A stretch of DNA of 64,000 bases from Harriotta raleighana (taxonomy: Eukaryota), in contig JBNZDD010013698.1 in assembly GCA_050575255.1 (NCBI GenBank), positions 4,568,588 to 4,632,587 of the forward strand, given 5' to 3'. Made by a program: the position numbers and the translations under genes. This document shows, one piece after another, positions 51,972-64,000 of this stretch. How positions within the stretch are numbered: the stretch's first letter is position 1; each line of letters opens with the position of its first letter. A model generated the notes under the pieces. The model saw only the letters and a program-made list of their open reading frames with translations. It was not told where the DNA came from and did no database searches.

Positions 51972-52688
51972 TGTAGTGTTACTTCACTAAGCGTTCATAT
52001 TTGTAATGATTTCTAAACAAATGTAAGGAATTCTCACAGTCTAATTATTTTTGTTTAAAATTGGTAATTGTGAATTGGTATCCACTGTCAGCGAATACAT
52101 TAGGTTCTAGTTGAACTAGAGTTAGTCAGCCTGCTCCAATTGATCCCATGAATTAAAGTCTATATACAGTATACATACGGGTGTCTGAACCATTTCTCTC
52201 TCAAGTATAACCTTATCCCCAATTGCATCATATATTATACACATCTTAACTTCTGATCATTTGATTGCAATAAATGTTGTTGGTAATAATTGCCAAAACC
52301 TTTAAATATATTTTGATCCTTGGGACTAAATGATTGTATATTAAAATGTTTAAAAAGATATTCATTGCTCACTAAATCTAACATTAATCAATGAAATTTT
52401 GCCAGTGTATGAATATGTTCCAGTCTGCTCCTTCCATTTATATGGCTTTTCTAACTTAACAATTTTCAGTATTTTGCAAATTACACAATTAGCACATCAA
52501 ATATGGTTTCAGATATTGCATGTAATTTTCAACTTAAATTTATACATATCAGATAATATCATAAGAATCATCAACCCAGAGGACAGCTGACAAAGAAAGA
52601 TTTTAGTCAAGTTCATTGTGTAGGGTGAAAGCATTTGAAACAAGAGCATTTTTAAAAGCTGCTATCAATGCTAATCTTTGCATTTCAG

Positions 52689-52728
52689 TGTCAAGAAACC
52701 AGTACTGGAACAAAATAAGATGCAAAAG
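52689..52728 (+). other. Weak candidate plus-strand exon (VKKPVLEQNKMQK)
   Basis: tctttgcatttcag acceptor, AAG|gttaaa donor. Confidence 0.2.
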
Positions 52729-53269
52729 GTTAAAGCAAAGGAAATAGCCATTAAGCAGAGATGCATCCTGAAATAGATGTTCTTCAATTTGCTGAAATTA
52801 TAATTCTCTTGCATTTTTATATCTTTTTTCTGGGTGTAACATGGTACAATACAGCCTTATACTGTATTGTGCCTTTGTCAGTATCAACAGTCATAAACTC
52901 TCTCCAGAGACTTGCTCTCTGGCAGCATACACATTCTAGGTCTTGTCTCTGACAGTGTAAGGAGTATCAGAAGATAATATCCAGCAACAATATTAGCAAC
53001 AGTAAAAAAACAGAATTACACTTGCACAACACCTTTTATATCAGGAGGACGTCCCAAGGTTCTGGCATGCGTACCATCTGCAGGATTCATTCTTCTTCCG
53101 TTTTTATTCATTTTATTTCACTTATTTGAATAATAGTAATGTATTGAGCACCAATTTGGGTTTTGGTTTTTGGAAACTAATTCCTGAGGATTTCAAATTT
53201 TTCTACTCTCTTAAACCCTTAAACAGTTTATGTTAATAAAATAAGACTCAAACCTCACAAACCGCCGGC

Positions 53270-53530
53270 AGTACATCTCAACAAACGGTTTTCCCTCCTG
53301 CTCTCACCCAGTTACCTGCGGGGTTCCCCAAGGATCCATCCTTAGCCCCCTCCTCTTCCTCATCTGTATGCTCCCTCTTGGTGATGTCATCCGCAGACAT
53401 GGCGTACACTTCCACATGTATGTGAATGACACCCAACTCTATTTCTCCACCTCATTTTGCGACCCCCAGTTCCCTGATGTTCTGTCAGTCTGTCTGTCAG
53501 ACATCAGGAGCTGGATGAGCGCAAACTTCA
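53270..53530 (+). mobile_element. L2 RT-core fragment
   Basis: GVPQGSIL.PLLF-coding sequence, very similar to 57660-57910. Confidence 0.85.
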
Positions 53531-53734
53531 TTTGAACATAAATCATTCCGAATAAATGCATCAAATCTAATTCCAGGACGTAAGAAAAACTAGACATGTT
53601 TTGCATTTTAAAAGATTATGTTTTTCACAAACTGAATATTATGCTTGGGTACAAACGGAAACAATCACTGCCCTTTATAGTAAGTCCAGTGAAGCTTTGA
53701 GACATCTTCGTGATGTGAAAGCCATTATACCAAA

Positions 53735-53970
53735 ACAACAACAACAACAACAAAATTACACTTATAGAGCGCGTTTCACGTCAGGAGGACGTCCCAAGGC
53801 GCTGGACAGATTGGTTCAGGACCCGAGCAAGGGAAAATGTTCAGGGCGAGGGGGGGGAAGGGTGGGAGCAAGGAGTGGGTAGAGACTCGAGAGGGGCGTT
53901 GAAGGCACGGTCGAAAAGAAAGGTCTTGAGACCGGCCTTGAAAGAGGAAAGGGAGGAAGCGAGGCGGGCA
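53735..53970 (-). mobile_element. Young short L2 3' end
   Basis: (aac)n tail; CpG-rich copy similar to 11331-11550. Confidence 0.9.
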
Positions 53971-55739
53971 AGTACTGTATTACTGTATCATTATTTTATA
54001 TGATTGAACAACATTTAATGTGAAAAAAAATCCTTATTTAGTATATGAAATACACCGTTTCAATTTAGAAGTCCCTAATGTATCGAATCGTAATTATCCA
54101 GATATGTTGGTGGTAGCTCCCAGCCTCAATACTGACTTTCCTAAAGCTAATTCCAGTTGAATTTTAACTGCCAGTTAATGGGATCATGACTCTTTGCCAA
54201 ACGAGAAACTCAAAACTTGTGATTCGTCTAACTGGCCAAAGAATCCCTCGATTCAAACGAATAATCAGCAAATCCAATGTATCCCTCTGGCACCAGGAGC
54301 AATACTACTACAAATGGTGTGTGGCCATTGGCAAAGAAAATAGTGTCAGCATGGGGTAAATGCTTTAGGATTTCTTTGAAGCTCCCATTCATGTGGAATA
54401 CAGTATTAATCAATAATTATGCAGAGGATGTGACTTCAATATGTCTAGACCTCAACAACATAATATAAATGGTGAATATTTCAAAATGTGTATTTTTTTT
54501 TACCATGTGCAAGACAAAACTCCAAATGCGATGAAACTAAGCATACACTTTTTGTTTAATTTTTATATTTAATATTAAAACCATACACCACTTTACTGTA
54601 CAAACATATTTCCTCTGCGACTGGAACAAGCAAATCGTTTCTGCAAAATTAAATTAAAAAAATAACTTAGCTTAGTTGGATGACAAAAATGAATGTGTTG
54701 TGTGGGGGTGGGGGGTGTGGTGATTAATATGAAGCCAGGTTCTGCCTGAGTGGGACAAATTTGAATCCTCAATTTCCTGGGGCACTACTCAACAATGACA
54801 CTTGCAGTAGTTCTTTATTCCACACACATTGGGCTTGAACAGGCCTATTGAAATGAAGAATCGTGACATGCTGTACCCAGGCTGACCTGATATTGTTCTG
54901 CTGTGCAGGTGTGAACCTCACAGTGCTTCTAGCATCAGTGATGTTAATGAGTTTCTGAAGGTCATAACTTGGCAATGGAAAAGCAAACTGACTGTGCTTA
55001 CTGGCTCACTATTCAAGGATAACATTGCTATTTATCATGTGTTTGTTACACAGCTGAAAAGCTGTTGTTCGCTCAAGTGCTTTTCACAAAGAAAGAAATG
55101 TGTAATGTTATAACAGGGTTAACATTCACGGCTCGTGTGGTCACATGACTTGCTAATCTGTTAATGCAGTTAATCTTACCAGGTTTCCAATTCTATTGGC
55201 ATTAATGAAACTGCAGCTACAATCAGGAAATAAATATTTTATAGCCTGAGGCAGAATTTTACTCCCATTGTACAAGCCACCTTAGTTGTGATAGAGAGCT
55301 GCCCATTACTGTGTTTGCTTTCCTGGCTTTAGCCTATACCCTCAAGGAGTTTTAAACATTTCCATTTATTATAATCTTTCTTTTTCAGGATGTTGAATAA
55401 TTGGGGAATGTATTCCCTCTAATTCCCACTGCAGTGATTGACTATTCATCTCCAGTCTTGCATCACAGCAACTTTGCTGAGGCAAATCCTTGCCAGAACA
55501 ACAATTAGTGTAGGATTTAAAGACTAAATAATCTGTTATTGTATAAATATTAGTTGTGCCTAAGAAAAAACAAACCACTTTAGTATTGCAAATGTTTATA
55601 AGCATCAGCAGCAGGGGTGCAAATACAGTAAACTCCTTATAACTTGACCCTATATTAATTTGGATTAACAGCATGATTTTACCACTTAAATCATCATGCT
55701 GTCAATATCCAGGCTGCATTTGTTTATGTGTTTATATAT

Positions 55740-56047
55740 GAATAATAATAATCCTTACATTTGATATAGCGCTTTTCACATGTTCAAAGTCTCAACGCGC
55801 TTCACAGAATATACTATACAGCGAATTGACTGTATATTTATGGGTGAAACACGGCAGCCAATTGTACACAGTAGTGTTCCACAAACAGTCGTGAATTAAA
55901 ATGACCAATTTATTATTGGTTTTTTTCTTGAGGGATTTTTATCAGGCATGTGGAGCAAAGAACTTGCCCAAGGTTTTGCTCTGCCAAAAATCAAACCCAA
56001 GCTCTCGCTTATGAGGCGAGTGCTCCAACCACTGAGCTACAGGACTC
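55740..56047 (-). mobile_element. tRNA-headed SINE
   Basis: Same family, full length. Confidence 0.9.
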
Positions 56048-57579
56048 GGTACGTATGCTTAACTCATCCCCGAGCCCTTTTTCCTTCGAGTGACAAATTA
56101 TTAGGAGTTTGCTGTTTTAAAACCTTAATGTTTATAGCACTATTTTTTGAAACATTGAGCATATAATTGATATTCTTTAAAACAAAGGCTGTTTGGGTTT
56201 TCTGTGTTACACATGGCTCTGAAATACTTGACGACAATGCGTGACACAAACACTAAGCGTAATATTAATCATTTTGGGAAGTGTGCTGCTGATCGCTGTG
56301 CTCGAGTATAGTGATTGTTCCCTGGGGACAGTAGGACCCAGAGGAAGCTGCTATTAATACTCAGTGCCAGCAATTAAAGCTATTAATCAATGAATTATAG
56401 GTCTTGAAAATGGCAGCAAATAAAATCTGCAGGAAATTTCAACAATTGCTGTGATTGATATACAAAATTTATTTTGAGGACATACTGTAATATTGATATG
56501 CTATTTTGAGGTTTCAGTGACATATTGCAAAAGATCTCTTGTTTGCATGAAATTTAAAATGCAATCAATCCCATGGATTCATAAATTATAGAATATGTTA
56601 ATTTTTTACCAGGATTATGTCTGACCTATAATTGCTGTGTCAAAGGGATTCATTCATTTCTCCAGAGACAGGTGTCAGTTAGTGCATGCTGAAGTCTTCA
56701 CTTAAAAATGGAATGACAAGATCATTGTATTTGCACTGAATTATAGAGATATACACTATTGCAGGAAAGTAATCTCATCCAGCAATTCAGACGAGATTAT
56801 AAACTACTAGAATAGAACTATGAGGATTATAGTCACTCCAAGAAGAGATTACTTTAACTGTAACCATTCTCGGATACATTTTTTTTAAAAACCAAGAGAT
56901 CGAGCATTTATATGTTCTTATTTCTAAAAGATTATGTTTTTAATGTCATTGCTGCAAGAATCACCAGGTCATTGCAAATCAACTATATATAATCCTATCT
57001 GTTTTTTGATATGACACATGTACCAGCAAAGCAAAAAAGACTAATTAGAGCAGCACACAACTCCCTACATATGTGGTGAAAATTGAAATGTAACAATTCC
57101 AATAGTGTGCATTTACGCATTGTTGGGCAAAAGGATTCAGTGTGTGAATTAATGACTGATCCAGATGTGTGCTGGAGAAAGGACAATTCTGTACATCCAG
57201 CATTTATGTATTTTTCCTATGTTCTGTTTTATTGTGTGAGACCGGATTTGTCATCAGGAGGTCAAAAGTACGAGCCGGGAAAATGGTAGTGGCCTCTGCT
57301 TGTTCCTCACTTCCTACCTCTGATTATCAATGGCAGAAACTTAAGGCACCACAGCTTTACTCTCTGAAACTCACTCCAGAAACTCTTTTGCATTCTCTCC
57401 TCATATTTAAAACCCTCTTAATAAACTAATTTATTTGGCTGTGTACAATATTTGGTCTGCATCCTCTAATTACTCCTCCTTTCCTCCCTGCTGAGTGATC
57501 CCAAACTCTATTGTGAAGTTCTCCAAGAGGTTCTTCCTTCAAGAAAGATGTTGCATAAGTACACATTGTTGATGTTCCT

Positions 57580-58745
57580 CCACTACCTGTCCTCCGTCAT
57601 CCACTTCAGTGGGATCGCACTCGCCTGGTTCGAGTCCTACCTCAAATACCGTCAGCAGTACATCGCCACAAACGGTTTTATCTGCTGCTCTCACCCGGTT
57701 ACCTGTGGGGTACCCCAGGAATCCATCCTTGGCCCCCTCCTCTTCCTCATCTAGATGCTCCCTCTTAGGGATGTCATCCGCAGACATGGGGCACACTTCC
57801 ACACGTATGCGGATGACACCCAACTCTATTTCTCCACTTCACTTTGCAACCCCAGTCCCCTGATGTTCTGTCAGCTTTCCTGTCAGACATCAGGAGCTGG
57901 ATGAGCATGAACTTCTGAATGTTGACCAGACGGAGGCCATACTCTTTGGTTCTCATCAACGTCTCCATTTGCAAGGCTCTCACTTTCTCCACCTTCCCGG
58001 TCTGCCCCTAAAACTCTCCGAAACTGTGCGTAACCTAGGAGTCAGGTTTGACCCCCAACTGTCCTTCCTCCCTCACATCCAGTCCCTCACTAGCACCACC
58101 TTCTTCCACCTCTGACGGATCGCCCGTCTCCAGCAATACCTCACCCCAAAAGCCGCTGAAACCCTGGTCCACGCCTTTGTCACCTCTCGGCTGGACTATT
58201 CCAATACCCTCCTCGCCAGTCTCCCCTCCTCCACAATATCCAGCTGATTCAGGACTCTGCCGCCCGCATTCTGACCCGCACCAAACTTCGCTCCCCCATT
58301 ACCCCAGTCCTTGCCAGAGTTCACTGTTTCCCTATTCCTGAGAGGATCGATTTCAAGATCCTCACCCTTGTCTTCAATTCCCTCCAGTCCTCTGCACCCT
58401 CCAAAATCACTAGCCTCCTCTCTCCTTAAACCAGCACCCGTTGTCTTCTCTCCACCGGGTCTGGCCTCCTCGATGACCCCCAAATCCTCTGCTCCACCCT
58501 CGGCAGCCGTGCCTTCAGGCACTACGCCCCGAGGCTCTGGAACTCCCTTCCTCACTCCCTTCACCTCGCTCCCTCTCTTCCCAGTTTCAGGTCCCAGCTA
58601 AAGACCTTTCTCTTCAACCACGCCTTTGGTCACTTTTCTACCCCTGCCCCTGGCTCGGTCCAGGGATCCAGTACTGTAAAGAGCTCTGAGATGCCATCTG
58701 GTGTAGAGGGCATTATATAAATCAAAGTTGTTGTTGTTGATGATG
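57580..58745 (+). mobile_element. L2 fragment (second subfamily), RT core to 3' end
   Basis: CGVPQESILGPLLF, YADD-coding tatgcggatgac, tail. Confidence 0.9.
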
Positions 58746-60741
58746 TTGTTTCTCTGCCCTGTATAGCTAGCAATTTTATTCCTACCTCCCTATCGCTGCT
58801 CTAAAACTGATTGTACTGGGATTGCAGCATTTTACTGGTTTACTCCATCTGAATTTCTGGCTGTAACATTGAAACAGCAGTTGTTTCCAAGTCATGACAC
58901 ATTTTTCAGCTGAGGACATTCGCTGATCTATGAAAGAAAGCCCATCAAACTAGCAATGTCAAGGCTGCATTACTGGTCTGCTCAGCTTTCTTTCTGCTAG
59001 TAAAACATGGCAGCCTTTCAGAAGAACTGATAATCGAATGATTTCACATGCATACATTTCCAGTGGTGGGATGAAGTCCCACCATGAGAGGAAGTGGGAA
59101 TCTCTTCCTGAGAGAGCGGCGGTATTTTATTCAAAACACAGATGCCCTAAAATCAAAACACAGTATAGATCAGGTTTTATCATATACTTTTGTGATTTAT
59201 ATAGCATTTATCTTGCAACAGAGCTGTAGCTTTAACTCTGACAGCATCACTGCAAGTTAAGTAAAACAATGTCCTTGCATCCAAAGGTAAAGTGATCATT
59301 TTTGACACTTCCGGGGATACTAAGTGTGTGCAGAGCGGCTAACTGCTCAGCCCATCCACTGGGCCAGGAAATATAGTTTTATATCAATTAAAGAAATCAG
59401 GGAGATCGAACTGTCAGAATTGAAAGTTGCAATCATGACCAAAACAAATGGACTTGTGCAATCTTGTGTATGCCTAGTGTTTTGTCTGTGCTGCAGTCCT
59501 ATGGAATTTCCTCCATGTAAACAAGCAGTTGCCACAACACCAGCAGCCTAGGATATTTCAAAGCTTTTTTTGCTTATAGCCAATCTGAAATATAAATACT
59601 GCATGAGATTTATTCCTGTAGATTTTCAATTCAAATAGGGCATACTAAAGTTTACCACATTGTGATTTCAATCACTTTCTCTCTGGAGTGAAATGTCTGA
59701 ACGTCTGTCACACATGCACTCTATATTTCAGGAGGAAATCCTTAGCATTTGATTATTCGGATTTAATACTCTCAAAGAACCAATTTATCATTTATAATGC
59801 ATCCAATTCCAATAAAATTTTATTTTAAAAAATCTGGTTTATACTAAGCTCGTATTATCCTGATGTAGTTCCTTAATCCTTACTTTGAATTAACCTTACA
59901 TGCTGTGCAGAACCTATGTAAACCACCAAATTGTAATACTTAGGAGGAAGTAAGCCCCAAAGATGGTATTTTGATTTATATAAAATCATATATTTTATTT
60001 TAATCATTATGTACTGTGACTCTTCTACATTTCAGTGGATTTCTACTTTATAATATTTAGGTGATAGATGTCAAAATTGCTTAGTTTATGAGGCAATAAA
60101 TGGATTCCATGCTAAATAAATTACGAAGCAGTAGCAAGCTGAACCATTTATGACCAGAGTGGGAGTCAGAAACCTGGAAAATCCAATGTAAGCATTATGT
60201 CTATTAATTGCAGGTCTTCGAAAGTTGGAGTAGATAAAAATGATCATTCGATGGTTATACATACACAACACTTTTTCTGATGAATTCCTCTCTTCCCCTC
60301 CTTCAGGGATTGACTCCCTTTAGTGAAGTGGGGTGGGGGTGGGGGTGGGAGGGGAGAAAAAGAGAAGAGATTCGACCACACCACTTTACCTTACCCAAAA
60401 CATTTTCACTATTTATGTGTTAGTAGTGGCAGCCAATTTCAAAGTGCCAAGCATCATAGCCATGCCTGAATTGATCCTTGTCAAAAGTCCACACAAACAC
60501 ACCTCAGGTAGAAGTTGCTGGATTCAAAAAGATTAAACCCTGGCTGTTTTTCTCCTTTTCCTTACCGTTGGGGCTGAGGCCAATTGTAACAACTCAGGGC
60601 TCATCCTCACATCTGATATGAGAATTGCATGTTACAGCACAGAACTGGGTCATTTCTATGCTGGTGCAAAACACCAACAGCCACTTAGCCTAATTTGATC
60701 TTCCGGATCACTCCCCATCTATTTTGTCATCATTCTATGTA

Positions 60742-61324
60742 CAGTAAAAGTCTGTTTATCTGTGACTCGATGAACCAGAACTTACGTTTAACCGGAACAT
60801 CAAAAAAAGTCCCCGTCCGATAAACCCGGAAATTATCCGTCAGAATAGTGATGGCGCATTTAATGAATCGATTGTCGCACCAGTGTACTGTAAAGGTATT
60901 TCAGCTTGCCGCTAGTAGGGCCTTAAAGTCGGGCTGCTGTTTTTTTCTCTCACGTGGCGTCCTCCATTGCGGAAATTATCATAGACTGTACTCCTCTACC
61001 CCAGCATCATGGCTTCAAACCAGATTTGTTTAAGTACAAATAATAAAGTACTAATACAATATTCTGTTATTATAGTATTACTATATTCAGTCTATTATTT
61101 ATATGGTACAGTGTACAACATTTACAATAAAGTACCCATACAATATTCTGTTTTTATCTGCTATTAATTAGTCTATTAATAATATGGTATGTGTTAAAAT
61201 AATTTTTAATAATTTAAAAAAAATTGTGTTGGGTTTTCGGATTCGGATCCGACCATTTAACCGGCAAGCCATTTAATCGGCACTGGCCAGGTCCCGCAGG
61301 TGCTGAATAAACGGGCTTTTACTG
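60742..61324. mobile_element. Tc1/mariner-superfamily (Tigger-like) MITE
   Basis: TA TSD; TIRs cagtaaaagtctgtttat / ataaacgggcttttactg. Confidence 0.85.
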
Positions 61325-61367
61325 TAATTCACTTTTAAATGGATTTATGTACTCCTTTAGTTTTCAG

Positions 61368-61422
61368 ATTGGAAGAACAAACATAAGGCAACAATGGCAA
61401 TGGACAATCTACAAAGATCAAG
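61368..61422 (+). other. Candidate plus-strand exon, possibly containing a start (MAMDNLQRS)
   Basis: ctcctttagttttcag acceptor, AAG|gtaatc donor, ACAATGG Kozak-like ATG at 61394. Confidence 0.4.
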
Positions 61423-61439
61423 GTAATCAATAATTAAGA

Positions 61440-62690
61440 AAATAAGAACATAAGAATTCGGAGCAGGAGTAGGGCATTCAGCCCTTTAAGCCTGCCCTGC
61501 CATTCAATAAGATCATGGCTGATCTTTTGACCTAATTCTAATTACCTGCCCTATCCCCATATCCCCTAATCCCTCTATTTTTTGAAAAAATCTATCAGTC
61601 TCAGCCGTGAAAATGTTCAAGGATCAGCATCCACAGTCTTCTGGGTTGGTGAATTCCATAAATTCACTACCCTCTGAGTGATAAAATGTTTTCTCAACTC
61701 TGTTCTAAAATCCTGAACCTTAATTTTAAAACTGTGACCCCTGGTTATAGATTCTCCCACCTGGGGAAACAGTCCCTCAGTGTCTACTTTATGCAGCCCT
61801 TTAAGAATCTTACATGTTTCAATAAGATCCCCCCTTAATTCTTCTGTACTCTAGAGAATCCAGCCCTAGTTTATTCAACCTATCCTCACAGGTCAGTACC
61901 CTTATCCCAGGAACTAACCTAGTGAATCTACGCTGCACCCCCTGTAAGGCAAGTATGTCCTTTTTTAAATAAGGAGACTAAAACTGCACACAATACTCTG
62001 GGTGCAGTCTCACCAAAGCTCTATACAGTTGCAGCAAGACTTCCCTACTCTTGTACCCTAAACCTTTTGAAATGAACGCTAGCATGTTGTTCGCCTTCTT
62101 AGTTGCTTGCTGCATCTGCAAACCAACTTTTTGAGACTGGTGTACAAGGACACCCAAACCTCTTTGAATACTAACGCTATCTAACCTCTCCTCCTCTAGA
62201 AAATAATCAATTTTTTTTATTTTTGCTACCTAGGTGAATAATTTCACATTAAATTTAATCTGCCACCTATTTGCCCACTCCCCTACCCTATCTATATCTT
62301 GTTGCAATTTTTTTGCATCATCCTCAGAGCTCACTTTTCTACCTAATTTTGTGTCATCCGCGAATTTAGACACTTTACATTCAATGTCCTCGTCTAGATC
62401 ATTGATGTAAATTGTAAATAGCTGAGGCCCAAGCCCTGATCCTTGTAGCACTCCACTAGTTACATCCTCCCAATTCGAGAATAACCCGTTTATTCCTACT
62501 CTCTGTTTTCTACCCGTTAGCCACTCTTCTATCCATGTTAATATGTTCCCATTAATCCCGTGGGCTTTAATCTTGAGTAACAGCCTTTTGTGTAGCACTT
62601 TATCAAATGCCTTCTTAAAATATAAATATACCACATCTACTGGCTCCCCCTATCCAACCTGCTGGATACATCTTCAAAAAACTCTAAAAG
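61440..62690 (-). mobile_element. CR1 LINE fragment (RT domain to 3' end, internally deleted)
   Basis: KAFDKV.H..L, SGVLQGSGLGPQLFTIYINDL, KFADDTKL motifs; (ttcttatg)-type tail. Confidence 0.95.
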
Positions 62691-62756
62691 ATTAAATATT
62701 AATTAGTCAATAATCACTATTCATTAAAATTATCTAACTAATGTAATATGATGATT

Positions 62757-63100
62757 AACAACAACAATAACAAAATTACACTTGTATAGCGCTTTTCAAG
62801 TCAGGAGGACATAGACTATGTCCCCAGGTGCTGGACACTCAGGGATTTGGGGATCAGGGAGGGTGGAGGGCAGGGAAGGTGGTTGAAGGCACAGTCAAAG
62901 AGGAGGTTCTTGAGATGCACCATGAAGGAGGCAAAGTAGGGAAGGGAGCAAAGGGAATGTGGCGGGGGAGAGAGGCTGAATGCCAGACTGGCAATGGTGG
63001 TGCGCGCCAGGCATAGGACTTGGAGCAGCACGGAACATGTTGGGTGAAGGGAGCGGATAGGTTGAAATGGGTTTAGCAGGTCACAGAGGTAGGAAGGTGA
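62757..63100 (-). mobile_element. L2 3' fragment
   Basis: PSYLCDLL..LKNLLFD motifs and (aac)n tail. Confidence 0.85.
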
Positions 63101-63404
63101 ATCATTAATCATGTACTGAGATATGTCTCAAAGGACTGCCGTTGTCCTAAATATAGATTCCAAAGATAACTTGTTTCTTGGTAAAAAAAAAGTAGAATGA
63201 GATGAGGAATAATGGAAGTTTGTAAAATGGATGAATGAATAATTTAGATGCAAACAAGTTATTTAAATTAGATTGAGAATTTAACAGGCTATTCATGCAA
63301 CTTCAAATGAGAAAAGAATATCTGTTTCTTTCTCTTTCCTGATCCCCACCCAGAACTGATTGCAATATCCAGTTAGCAACCACAGATAATAACCTCCTCA
63401 TGTG

Positions 63405-63720
63405 AATAATAATAATAGTCCTTGCATTTGATATAGCGCTTTTCATATAGTCTTCTAGATGTCTCAAAGTGCATCACAGAATATACTAAAATGAATTGAT
63501 CGTATATTTGTGGGTGAAGCGTGGCAACCAATTGCGCACAGCAGTGTCCCACAAACAGTCATGGATTGAAAATGACCAATTTATTATCGGTATTTTTGGA
63601 GGGATTATTATTAGGCATGTGGAGTAAGGAAACTTGCCCAAGGTTTCGCCCTGACCTGCCTGGATTCGAACACAGGTCTCATGCTTGTAAGGCAAGTGCT
63701 CTAATCATTGAGCTATAGGA
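63405..63720 (-). mobile_element. tRNA-headed SINE
   Basis: Same family, full length. Confidence 0.9.
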
Positions 63721-64000
63721 AGTAACTACTAACTGGAAGTATTTGAGAATTATCAAAAGAAAAGAACATAGTTTGAGACTGGTGGAACTTTGACATAAAA
63801 CGAACACAAGCATGCACACCATGACAAATAACACTAAATAAATGTTTTGTTCTTATATTCTTAAATGCAGCCAGGAATATTGTGTGGGTTTAACTTTGCG
63901 TACATTTTTGAACATTTATCATACTGAAAATTGTATATTGAGATTATAGTTATTTTATAAGTTTGCCTGTAAAAAAAATTCCACCACATAATCATTTTTC

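Overview
AT-rich, repeat-dense vertebrate genomic DNA. The repeat mix suggests a cartilaginous fish (inference): L2 and CR1 LINE fragments, a young tRNA-headed SINE with an L2-like tail, and old Deu-domain and LF-SINE-like copies. Nearly all ORFs in the supplied track are LINE reverse-transcriptase remnants or chance ORFs. A CpG-rich, apparently bidirectional promoter lies at about 42.1-42.9 kb. From it a minus-strand gene made of many very short exons (16-127 nt) can be chained by hand across about 41 kb and probably continues past the window start. Its central exons are phase-consistent and translate to a divergent START (StAR-related lipid-transfer)-like domain that I cannot assign to a known STARD gene. 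A divergent plus-strand transcript is suggested by a strong donor at 42866 and a few candidate exons. Other features are two Tigger-like TA-target elements (one carrying a CTCF motif and a transposase remnant), an hAT-like MITE, two near-perfect hairpins, and a 1143-bp exact tandem duplication around a single N that is probably an assembly artefact. All gene models are manual and unverified.
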